A stretch of 63,514 nucleotides of DNA, the filler included, from Phoronis australis (Eukaryota > Animalia > Phoronida): NCBI GenBank assembly GCA_002633005.1. It is 10 parts of 10 records of this genome, joined end to end, with 100 filler letters (N's around TTAATTAATTAA, not from the genome) between each part and the next. Parts side by side here need not be neighbours in the genome. Positions count along the whole stretch, not along the records: positions 28,937 to 38,090 come from NMRA01001581.1; positions 38,191 to 42,455 come from NMRA01002640.1; positions 42,556 to 53,597 come from NMRA01001721.1; 7 more parts are not named here. The stretch is one strand, 5' to 3'. The position numbers and the translations under genes are program-made. Shown one piece after another: positions 37,649 through 48,929 of the stretch. Each line of letters starts with the position of its first letter. Position 1 is the first letter of the stretch. The notes beneath the pieces were generated by a model, which saw only the letters and a list, made by a program, of their open reading frames with translations, ran no database searches and was not told the DNA's origin.

Positions 37649-37843
37649 ATTAGAAAACGGACAATTGCCGAACATTACTTTCCCTGTATCTCTCACTCTC
37701 TTTTCACTTCATGGATATGACTTGAAGGGTAATCGACACTTGTTGTACCTCTGTACATATCCTGATGATGTCTTGTTGAATAAGACGAAACGTTGAGTTA
37801 CCATGAACATCTTTATTTGTGCGGCAATTTTCCGTTTTCTAAT
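37649..37843 (+). mobile_element. Penelope-like pseudo-LTR remnant with inverted arms
   Basis: 26-bp inverted arms (37649-37674 and 37818-37843, 24/26 match) enclosing a CTGATGA...CGAAACGTTG motif. Confidence 0.55.
37760..37796 (+). ncRNA. Minimal type I hammerhead ribozyme-like core (probably decayed)
   Basis: CUGAUGA-U-[GUCUUG/UUGAA/UAAGAC stem II]-GAAA-CGUU with palindromic AACGUU in place of stem III; stem I only ~2 bp. Confidence 0.5.
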
Positions 37844-38090
37844 CGTACTTTGGCCAAAAATGATGTGGTTTCAGAATTATAAACAGATAAAAGGATCATT
37901 CATTTTTAAGTTTGAAAGTGGTAAAATCTGTTGTGGACCCATACACATTATTCCAGTGGTCTTTGGAGGAGTGTATTTTTGACACATAAAACATTAACCG
38001 GATATGACATACACATAGTTGCGGGGCTTGTATATTAGGTGGAAAACCGGGTTATAAAAATACTGGGGCATATATCTAATGGGACATATA

Positions 38091-38190
38091 NNNNNNNNNN
38101 NNNNNNNNNNNNNNNNNNNNNNNNNNNNNNNNNNTTAATTAATTAANNNNNNNNNNNNNNNNNNNNNNNNNNNNNNNNNNNNNNNNNNNN
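38091..38190. other. Artificial contig-joining linker
   Basis: 44 N + TTAATTAATTAA + 44 N. Confidence 0.97.
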
Positions 38191-39290
38191 CAGAGTACTG
38201 TTGTTCCTGGGTTTTCTTCAATTTTATTCTTCTTCTTATTCTTCTTCCGACCAACTTTGAGGCTTAATAACTCCAAATTAGGTGCAGGTACGGTCTTTAA
38301 ATTCAGCATATGCCATTTGACAGTATATAAATTTTGATTGGTTATATAATCATATTCCATATTGCACCGGAAGAGGTCGTTTGGTGCAAAGGTCATGTAA
38401 TTTTCAAAATGCTACTCCTCCTTTATTTTAAAAGCTCTTTTTTCAAGTCAATAAGGCAATTTAAAAAATTACTTTTCTTAGTAATTGGGTCATCCAATCA
38501 CGTTAAACTGGTCAAAGGTCATTAGATGCAAACTAAAATTTTGAGCTAGACACTTCAAATTGACAGGTCTGATTGGCACAGGTAATTCAATTTGGAATTC
38601 AAAGTTTCAGGTCATTTAGTGAAAACATGGGGTCATTAGGTGCATTTTTCTTCTGAAATTTTGACCTTTTCAATCAGCAAGTATTCTGATGTGTCAACCG
38701 TTAGACAACTGTGATTCTCAGCATTGAACACATTTTTATGGGCTTTGCAATAATTCTCCTAAAGACGCACCGGATAGGGTCAATTAGTGCAAAGGTCATG
38801 TAACGTTCAAAATGTTATATCTCTTACGTTTTTCACGGAATTCTTTTCAATTTCAGAACACTGGTGTAAGTCAACATGGCAATTGAATACCCTACTTTAC
38901 TTCGCAATAGGCCTAATCAATCAGGAAAAATAGGTCAAAGGTCATTGAGTGCAAACTTAAATTTTGAGCTAGAGACTTCAAAATTACATATCTGTTTACT
39001 AAGTGCGATCGAGTTTGAATTCTAAATTTTCAGGTCATTTGGTGCACCCATGGGGTCATTAGGTGCATTTTTCTTCTCCAAGTTTGACCAAATCATTCAT
39101 CTTGTATTCTGAAGTGCTTAAAGTAAAACATTTGTGATTTTTAGCATTAACCACACTTTTAATCGAGCTAGCAATTACTTCCTCATCGGGGCTCATAATG
39201 CACCGGAAGAGGTCAATTAGTAGAAAGGTCATCAAAAAATTAATACGTAATTTCTCCTACAATTTTAAAGAATTCCTTGTCATATTGGTA
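38191..39290 (+). repeat. Degenerate ~400-430 bp tandem array rich in RGGTCA (probable second HINE-like family)
   Basis: Anchor GCACCGGA...AAAGGTCAT at 38364, 38767 and 39200; preceded by a (TTC/TTA)n microsatellite at 38224-38248. Confidence 0.7.
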
Positions 39291-40667
39291 AACGGGTTGC
39301 TGTCAGTAACGTCCCATAATAATTCCAGTACTACGCACGCGCAGAGTCCGTTATTGTCACGCCGTGACAATAATTTTTCTAGTTTCGACACTACTCTTTT
39401 TGTTGATAGTTTGTTTCTAAATTGTACGCTAGACGAAATCTTTTCCTGTTACGGTAATTTTCCACCTATTTCGTACTATAAAAATAATTGCGAATGGTCA
39501 ATTTTCAATTTTTCCGAGGCTGATGACTTTTTGAAAATAATGGAAATTTCAACAAGTGTCATCTATACACTACAATCCAAGCTTATGATATTTTAAAACG
39601 TTTTTGGTCTTTACTTTTTTAAGAAATTTAACAAAATAGAATTTCACTTGTCGGCTATGTTATGTGCTAAATAAGTGAAAAATACCATATCAAACACTGT
39701 ATCGGGATAATCCAAGGTCACAGAAGGTTAAGCTCAATGTTCTTGTTTTGAACATAATTTTTATCACCTAAATATTGCTCCAAATGAGGGATTATTGATA
39801 AATGAAACATTCCATTGTTAAAACAGTTCATGTTGCTGGGTGATTATCGGCGACCTGCTAAAACCCGGTAGTCAGTCAGCACACAAAGACACTATTGTCG
39901 TACCAACGCTACTCGCTATCTTGTCGGACTTAGTATTCCATTGCAGAATATGAATAACTAACAAATGAACCATTGCTCTGAGATAAGCCGGGGATATCAC
40001 GTGTGCGTGCATTATCAGTCAGAGGCATGATCAAAGGCAGGCCAGTCGCAGCCTATAAAGAAACTATTAGCGTTGTTGCCCCGACCCTTAAAGAGCCCTG
40101 GCTGTTATATACCAGGACGCCAGACACCAACCACTGGGCCGTTCGGCTCTTATCTGCCAACTCATTCCCCGTTCACGAACTAACTAAAACGCTGGAGTTT
40201 TCGTTAGCACTTCCGTTTTTAGCAGAAATGCCAGTAATGTGGACGGTTAGAAGTGCTTCTTTTGCTGGTTTTTTTCTAGTGCTTTTTTAGCCAGAGCGTT
40301 TACTTTAAAAGGATACCAAACCCGGTTTTGGCCTATTAACAGGATACTAAAAACGACTCTCCCATCCAGCTCTCTGAAACAAAATAATGCTTTGTAACCC
40401 TCGACCGCCCTCAAAAGTTTGGAGAAATTTTTGAAAACTCCTTTCAAAGTCTGCTAAATAGGCAAGCGCGACCGACGCTTTTAGCGAATTACTCGGCAAA
40501 CTTGAATGTGGGAAAAGACCACCCACCAAGGGCCATAATTTCCAATCTGTGACATGGGGAGTATGAGTTTTTTGTTGATTGCTGCCTTTATCTTTCAGGA
40601 TTGACGCCAATGATAGCAGCTAGGTGACAGAACGAGGATTGGTTGAAATCATCAAAACAGGGTTATA

Positions 40668-41612
40668 GCCCCCCCCTTTGGCTGCCGCAAAAAATAATAA
40701 AACAGCAAGAGCGTAAGGAAATGTTGAGTTTATTAATTAACCCCGGTAATTAAAATTATACGGATGAAACAAGATTTAAATGTGTGCAGTTTTAGTGTCA
40801 TATTCGTAACACGGCGCATTGGTAACGGAACTATGGCTAAGTATAAGCTCTCCCGCGATATCCCAGGCGACCGGCAATGGCGCTGCGCACTACGACTCCG
40901 TTTCCGTCGTCTGTTCCACTGTGCAATGAAGAAAATTTACTTCATTTTTTAAAGAAAATGGAATCTGAGTGACGATGAAAAAACAGAAACTGCTGGTAAG
41001 ATGTGAATTTTAATCGAAGCTTTGGTGAATCACTCAGAAACTCATAATTCTCTCTTTGTCAAACCTTAACTTAAGACGATTTCCAAAGCAATCCCGTCAT
41101 TATTGCCAACACGAAAAACGGATTTGGTCTTTTGGGCATTTGAAGACTATTTTAAATACGACAAATTTGTTAAGAAGCGATTGCACAAAATATAAAACGT
41201 GTAATAAGCATTACAAAAAGAAGTAGGTTTCGCGCGCAAACGCTGTGGACCATAAACAAGTAGGTCTCTTAGCACAAGATTATTAGTTAAATCGTGGCGG
41301 TGTAGTGGTAAAGCACGCGCGCTCTATCCGCCAGGTCGTGAGTTTGAGTCTGTGGTACGTGCGGTTTTTCATGTTTGACACGTTCTCTGTGATTTTTTTG
41401 CCTTTTTTCTTGGATAATACTTCAGGAATCATGGTAAATGCTTGATTTTTAGAGGAAAAAACAGACAAATTTCCTGGGCGGGAGGGGGGGGCAAACCCCC
41501 CTCTCTCCCTTCCCCCATTCGGTGCTATACGCATCTACAATCGTGGTTTGCGCAAATGCTTACAACCGGACAAAATGTTGGCCCCCCTTGTGATATCCTA
41601 GATCCGCCACTA
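40668..41612. mobile_element. Non-autonomous hAT-like element, family A copy 2 (left end missing)
   Basis: Colinear with 3650-4675 (e.g. TGGCGCTGCGCACTACGACTCCGTTTCCGTC); right end CCTAGATCCGCCACTA. Confidence 0.85.
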
Positions 41613-42455
41613 GTGCATGTCCTTTTAAGGACACACATACAGGGGTATGAGACCTTTGTTTATGGTCGCTTTTGTCAATACATGCCAGAAAGTGAACGCG
41701 TTTTGTCTATCATATGTGCGATCCGCAGAGGAGAAAATCTCGGTCAAACGCAAGAACACGCAAAACTTCGTGAAATATCACCGTGAATTATTACAAGCGA
41801 CGCATGTAATCACATTAGCGCTACCATGTTTTCACGACCCAAGTGGTGAACCGACAAAGTAACTGCTGTGGAAAATGACTCTACTCTGTGCAGACCTAGT
41901 GGGTTAACAACCAGTACCTTTCTGCTCTTTGAAATGTGGTTATGCAATGCGCACAGTTGCTTAATTAACGCGCAGAATTTATTAATATTCAAGACACAGT
42001 TCTGGCCATCCCCCAAAGAATAACGTTTGAATTTTGAAGATTGTAGTTAACGATTTCTGTAAAGCGAGCTTGTTAAAAAAGAACTTGGTGTTATTGACTT
42101 TGTGAAGAACAAGTAAGTTTCAAATAGTAATATACACACAGTGATGGTATTCACTCAACTTCGGAAACAGCATTGACACTAACATAATTCTTCGCTTGTT
42201 GACTTGTCAACGATAACAGTGGTCCTTTATCCTAACCCAATGACTCTTAAAGTACAGTGCTGATCGAATCCAACGTCCTATCGAACGCGGCTAGGCCGCG
42301 TCCGGATACGGGTTTCAAACCGCGGTTGGACCGAGGCTAGCTCAGGTCCGGACTTCGTCTGACCGCGGTTAATCCGAAATGAAGTCGCGTCCGTGCTATG
42401 CCTTGGCTTTGTTTTTACTTCGCTCGGAAAGCTGGAAATACTGGGGGGTTACTGT

Positions 42456-42555
42456 NNNNNNNNNNNNNNNNNNNNNNNNNNNNNNNNNNNNNNNNNNNNT
42501 TAATTAATTAANNNNNNNNNNNNNNNNNNNNNNNNNNNNNNNNNNNNNNNNNNNN
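42456..42555. other. Artificial contig-joining linker
   Basis: 44 N + TTAATTAATTAA + 44 N. Confidence 0.97.
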
Positions 42556-43353
42556 AGTCATTCTTTGCAGTATTTCACACCCGCCGTGTCTCACTGTGTG
42601 TGTCGTCAGCTTATACTCTGTGGTGGCATTACTGCGTCATTTTGTCTTCACTTGAGAATGAAACAAGTATGTTTCGAAATATCGTGTGTCTTTTAATTAT
42701 GTCGCTAGGTCAGTTACTGTATCTATGTTCAGTTGAGAGTAGAGTTTTGTTCCGAAAGTACGAACGCAACGGAATAAAGACTGTGAACAATGAAAAGTGT
42801 TGTGCATTTAACAAAATCATGATATACCCTTAAATGCCTCAGATTTAACTCAGAATTGTGGTTGAAGAGTTCATAATAATAATAATAATTATAATTATAA
42901 AGAGTCAATAAACCCATGCCTTCTCTTTAAAATAAACTCACATGTGTCATTGCTTCAGACCTGGCTCATGAAGTTGCTTCTCACCGTGGGTTTTGTTCAG
43001 TCGCTGATGCAGTAGGGTCGTCAGGAATTCCTGGCATTTTATAGCATCCAATTTCAGTTCAAGCAAAAAATAAGAACACACTGATGTAGCTTAAATAAGA
43101 ACAAATTTAATATAAATTTACCTCTGTCTGGGTCACGGTCCACATTTCAGTCTACCAAACTGCTTGAAATAGAATTGAACAGTTAAGTAACATTTTAAGA
43201 ATTTAACATTTGGGAGATGATGGCAAGTACCAGTTGTAAGCACATTTCTACAAGTGATTTCCCTTCTTCTTATCACTTTGTGTCTATCTTAAGTTTGTAT
43301 CTACCTGTCTCATAATTGTTTGTTGCGAAAAAGAAGCTAGACCAGACCTGTCA

Positions 43354-43798
43354 TTTTTTGATGCCTTGTGCTGTGTCCTTTTGTGCAGTGTCATCCCCCT
43401 CCATCCGTGCACCCCAACATCCAATGCTGTATCTCCCAAGATGCTTTGGTGGACGTTTATGAAAATTTTCAGACTTGTAAATGAGATAGCGCAAGCTAAT
43501 AGACAAATGTGACTACCGCTGTGCCCACTAGTGGCAATTTGAGTTTTTCATGCCTCTACATTCAGAATTCTTTAAGTTGGATTTTCATGAAATTTTGCAA
43601 ATAGGTTCCTGTTGTGGAGAGAACACCTTGCCATTTTCAGACAGATTCTACTTAACATTTGCCCTAGGTGTTCTTTTTTATTATTTTTCCATCTGTTTTT
43701 AGAAGACCGCTTCTCTATTTACGCAACCACTTAAACATCACGGAAATTCACAGATGTGTTCCTATTGAGATGAGCACGGCTGACGTTGATTTTGGGTC
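43354..43798 (+). mobile_element. Degenerate HINE family B 5' fragment
   Basis: GTCATCCC...TATCTCC...TGAAAATTT...CACTAGTGGCAATTT is reverse-complementary to the 48300-48480 segment. Confidence 0.55.
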
Positions 43799-43800
43799 TA

Positions 43801-46530
43801 CCGTAATCGTTCGGGTTAACGCCCTGGGCGGTTAAATTGGCAAACCCAAAAAATCAGGGGTGGGCGGTTAACCAGACATGGGCGCTTAAACGTGAAATTT
43901 CAAGAAATCCAGGGTGGGCGGTTAACCGAACATGGGCGCTTATTACGACAGACAACCGCCGTGGGCGGTTAATCTTACCTCGTGATCCAAGTCCCCACAA
44001 CACACAAGCACTCGGAACGCGTAGCACTTTTCAAAGACCGTTATCGTCACATCGCCACATGACGGGGAAAATGTCATAACAGCGGATGATCCCAACAAAG
44101 GTTCTCTTGCCCTCAGATTAGTTATTCATTCTATTAAATTTACAGAATTGCTGAGTAATAGCCCCGTGCCGTCCTGCGCGGTCTTGTGACTTTGCCCTGC
44201 GCAGCGCAGACGACCAGAGACCACGCAGCCTCTACTTGGATTGCAAATATTTCAACACGTGACCNGTAGCACTTTTCAAAGAGCGTTATCGTCACGTCGC
44301 CACATGACGGGGAAAATGTCATAACAGCGGATGATCCCAACTAAAGTTCTCTTGCCCTCAGATTAGTTATTCACTATTAAATTTACAGAATTGCTGAGTA
44401 ATAGCCCCGTGCCGTCCTGCGGTCTTGTTACTTTGCCCTGCGCAGCGCAGACGACCTGAGAGACTACGCAGCGTCTACTTGGATTGCAAATATTTCAAGA
44501 TGTGACCTTGCTAAAGTGCGCGTGCAAGCTTCACGTGTTGCAGAGGTGGCAGCAGACATCAAATTTATGGTTACAGTCTCGTACTACCTGCCAAGTTCAT
44601 AGTCAGACAGCAGTTTTAAAATGAGTTGTAATAAAAGGTTGATAAACTTAATTCAGATGTTTTTTGTGTTTGGGATGTCAACACTCCGTGACTCAATGAC
44701 ATTTTCAGCGTATGGTTCTGCGGCTAGCTGTTTTATCTCGACCGCCCGGCATTGCTCACTTGCCGTTGCGCCAAGACAAGAATCAGGGTGAGCCACTCGT
44801 CAATCAACAATAAAATTTCGAGTCACGACATAAATATGTGATAAACGCCACAAAACAGCGATGTTTCAATTCATTCTTAAACGATCACCTTACCAAACTT
44901 CGTGGTGGAAAAACATTTATTTTTCATGCAGGATGTCCAGATTATCCTATTTATATCACTTAGAAAATCGCACTGCGGCACTGTTCGGTCAGGCTGTTAG
45001 CGCGCAATGTCTCAGTCGGCTGACAATCGTGATTTATAAATGCCGTCAAGTAATATAACGGCCTCTATTTATGGCAAAAGATAGCGGCGGGATTCAGCAC
45101 GAACGTAGGGCCTACGTGTGAGTCACCTGTCAATCACATGTTGGTTTCAAGGTAACATGCACTCCAAAGTCGTCAAGGAGAATAGCGACAGTCCTAAGTA
45201 TCGAAAAACGGGCGCGACTATGTACTTTTAAGCTGTTGCTACAAAAGACCCAATTCTTTACGATGTTCAATCCTCCATTGCCAATGTTCCCCAAAACTGC
45301 GATGTCAAGTCAATTCCGATATTTCCCGGCTCGATGTTCCCTAAGCCCATGCCCGTAGCTAGCTGCGTGCATCTCTTACCCACTATCGCCAATTTTCAGT
45401 CAGTCTACGTCGTAGATATTTCAGACTAGAATGGTAAGAATTNNNNNNNNNNNNNNNNNNNNNNNNNNNNNNNNNNNNNNNNNNNNNNNNNNNNNNNNNN
45501 NNNNNNNNNNNNNNNNNNNNNNNNNNNNNNNNNNNNNNNNNNNNNNNNNNNNNNNNNNNNNNNNNNNNNNNNNNNNNNNNNNNNNNNNNNNNNNNNNNNN
45601 NNNNNNNNNNNNNNNNNNNNNNNNNNNNNNNNNNNNNNNNNNNNNNNNNNNNNNNNNNNNNNNNNNNNNNNNNNNNNNNNNNNNNNNNNNNNNNNNNNNN
45701 NNNNNNNNNNNNNNNNNNNNNNNNNNNNNNNNNNNNNNNNNNNNNNNNNNNNNNNNNNNNNNNNNNNNNNNNNNNNNNNNNNNNNNNNNNNNNNNNNNNN
45801 NNNNNNNNNNNNNNNNNNNNNNNNNNNNNNNNNNNNNNNNNNNNNNNNNNNNNNNNNNNNNNNNNNNNNNNNNNNNNNNNNNNNNNNNNNNNNNNNNNNN
45901 NNNNNNNNNNNNNNNNNNNNNNNNNNNNNNNNNNNNNNNNNNNNNNNNNNNNNNNNNNNNNNNNNNNNNNNNNNNNNNNNNNNNNNNNNNNNNNNNNNNN
46001 NNNNNNNNNNNNNNNNNNNNNNNNNNNNNNNNNNNNNNNNNNNNNNNNNNNNNNNNNNNNNNNNNNNNNNNNNNNNNNNNNNNNNNNNNNNNNNNNNNNN
46101 NNNNNNNNNNNNNNNNNNNNNNNNNNNNNNNNNNNNNNNNNNNNNNNNNNNNNNNNNNNNNNNNNNNNNNNNNNNNNNNNNNNNNNNNNNNNNNNNNNNN
46201 NNNNNNNNNNNNNNNNNNNNNNNNNNNNNNNNNNNNNNNNNNNNNNNNNNNNNNNNNNNNNNNNNNNNNNNNNNNNNNNNNNNNNNNNNNNNNNNNNNNN
46301 NNNNNNNNNNNNNNNNNNNNNNNNCACGTTTCCTTAGCACTGGGTGCTAAATCTTCATTCTTTAAAAGTCGGGGATGGGCGCTTAACCGAGAGGTGGGCG
46401 CTTAACTGGAAATCTTCAAAAATCGCAGGGGGGGGCGCTTAACCGAGCAGTGGGCGGTTAAATCGAAAATCCGCCTAAAGTAGGGGGTGGGCGGTTAACT
46501 GAGCATGGGCGTTAACACGAACGTTTATGG
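43801..46530. mobile_element. Tc1/mariner-superfamily (Tc2/pogo-type, CCGTA termini) element spanning an N gap
   Basis: TA flanks (43799-43800, 46531-46532). TIR CCGTAATCGTTCGGGTTAACGCCC vs revcomp CCATAAACGTTCGTGTTAACGCCC; many GGGCG(G/C)TTAA subterminal motifs at both ends. Confidence 0.75.
44021..44507. repeat. ~243-bp tandem duplication split by a single N
   Basis: 44021-44264 and 44266-44507 are near-identical; N at 44265. Confidence 0.9.
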
Positions 46531-47004
46531 TAAGATCACAATAAGACAGAGGAATCCAATTTTAGTTTGGGTTCAAAAAACAATTTTCCAGTTTTAAAAG
46601 CCTAAGAAAAGCCTTGATTTCTGGCTGGACCAGCACCTAAAGTGCACAATCATGGATAAACATGATATCAGAAAAGCTTTACTGAACTATTACTCGTTGA
46701 ACAAAATATTTTACAATCATCCAAAATATTTGGTCGTTCATTGTGAAAGGAAAAATGAATCTCCTTACTTAATCCACAATCCACAGTATGGCTTCAGTCT
46801 TGCAAAATCGGGATCTGTAAGATGGTCACAAACCGTTTTCCGTAGCTCATAGTGAAGTTTATTTGCAGCCTGCGGGATAGCTGAAAACAGTGAAAAAATA
46901 CTATATTGTAGTTGTTAAGGGTAGTTGTGAGGGAATTTCTAAACCTGCTGAATTACCAACTGAAATCTATTGTACTTATTTATGTAATTCACTGCAGGAA
47001 CATG

Positions 47005-48519
47005 AACAAGGGCAACGCAGAGCGTTGAAATGTGCCCACGAATGCATTGCAAATGGTGTGCTTTTACGGTTATTTACATGTATTGGTATCATAAAAATGG
47101 CCACTAGATGGCGCAAAAATGTACAATCCATCCAGAAACGGGAACATGCCATATTTCATAAAAATCTGTCAAGGAACTTCAGAGAAACAAAGGAAAACAG
47201 AACAAAATGAAATTGTCACTTGTGGGCACAGTGTCCGTTGGATCCGCCTGAAAGACATCGTCGTCTGTTGTTATTTTCATATAAATACACTTACTAAATC
47301 TAATAAAGATCCTGCAGTGGGTTTTGGAGATACAGCTATGGGCGCAAAACAAAACAAAACTACCACTAGGAGGTGCCACAGTAGTCAGTCGCCATCATCA
47401 AACGTCATCTTCAAACTCAAAACATATACGCCAATTTTCAAAACCATCCCTAGAATGATTTGGTTGATCGTGGGGTGGACGCTAAAAACAAGATTTGTCC
47501 TGCAAACGGTTTAATAGATACAGCCATGAGCGCAAAAAAAAACTGCCACTATGGAGCCACAGTAGTCGACTTCGTCGAAATATCGTCGTCAGCCGTTCAC
47601 TTCATAGTAAAAACATACAATAATGCAAATTTTCAAAATTATCCTGAAAGCGGTTTGGTTGAAAGACGAGTGGATGCCAAAAAAGAGACTTGAAAACAGT
47701 AAAAATGGCCACTAGGTGGCGCAAACTAGGTCGAATCCATCTGAAAACTGTGAGATAGAGTCATCTCATTAACAGATGCCTGTGTGCCTAATTTTATGAA
47801 AATACCTTGAGGACCCTTGAACATACAGAGGTAAGCGTAAAAAAATCAAAATTGCCGCTAGGTGGCACACCAGTTGTCAGATTCGTCTGAAAGTTGTCGT
47901 CCTCCGTTGTTAACTTCATACAGATACTCTTACTAAATTTAGTAAAGATCCTGCCAACGGTTTAGGGGATACAGCCATAGGCGCAAAAAAAACAAAACTG
48001 CCACTAGGAGGCGCCACAGTAGTAGAAGTCGTCGAAAAATCATTGTCAGCCGTCCACTTCATAGTAAGAACATATATGCGAATTTTCACAATCATCCTTT
48101 GAGCGGCTTCAATTTGGTTAATAGAGGGGTGGACGCAAAAAAAAACGAAAACAGTAAAAATGGCCACTGGGTGGCGCAAACTTTGTCATATCCATCTGTA
48201 AATGGGAGTATATTGTCATCTCACTAACAGGTGCCTAATACCAAATTTTATGAAAATCCGTTCACGACTTTTGAAGATACAGAGGTAAACATAGAAAAAC
48301 TAAAATTGCCACTAGGGAGTACACCGGTAGTCTGATCCGTCCGAAAGTTTGCTCATGCCGTTCCATCCACAGACGAAACACATGTGCAAAATTTCATGAA
48401 CATAGATCAAGGCGTTTTGGAGATAGAGCAGCGGACGCCGGACACCAGACGGACAGACGCCGGATGGACGGAGATGACGGCATAATGCGTCCACATATAA
48501 ATATGTGGCCGCATAAAAA
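47005..48519 (-). mobile_element. Complete HINE/DINE-1-like element, family B
   Basis: One end AACAAG + hairpin CAACGC-AGA-GCGTTG + ATGTGCCCAC. Central tandem array; (GACG/GACA) microsatellite at 48431-48472. Other end ATGCGTCCAC...GTGGCCGCATAAAAA. This matches HINE architecture (subTIRs, IR, microsatellite, stem-loop, T-rich ends). Confidence 0.8.
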
Positions 48520-48699
48520 CTACATTCTATGGTCAATGTGCAACTAAATGATCCAGGTATCCTCCGTCACTCAAATAGCATATGACTATCTTGGCCAATT
48601 GCACACCATGTTGTTAGCCATAGGAACTGTGACATATGCCTCTTTAATATCCTTAAAAAGAGAAGCGCACACAAAAACAGTTATAACAGCTTCATCTGC

Positions 48700-48929
48700 T
48701 TAACAGATACCTGTTTGCCAGATACAGAAACAAAGGTAAAAAATAAATTGCCAATAAGGAGTACACCAGTAGTCGGATCCGTCCGCAGGTTTGCTCGTCA
48801 CATCTATGATAGGAAGAGGTCTACGAAATTTCATGCACTTCTATTGCGTGGTTTTGGAGTTACAGCAGCGGATGACAGACAGTCAGGGATGACGGCATAA
48901 AGCACCCACATGCGTGAGTGCATAAAAAC
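48700..48929 (-). mobile_element. Extra truncated HINE family B end
   Basis: Homologous to 48275-48519, ending GACGGCATAAAGCACCCACATGCGTGAGTGCATAAAAA. Confidence 0.7.

Noticed and set aside
45383-46405. 300-aa ORFs over the N gap (also 61489-62661 in part and 3726-4030)
   Set aside because: They are open only because Ns translate as X.
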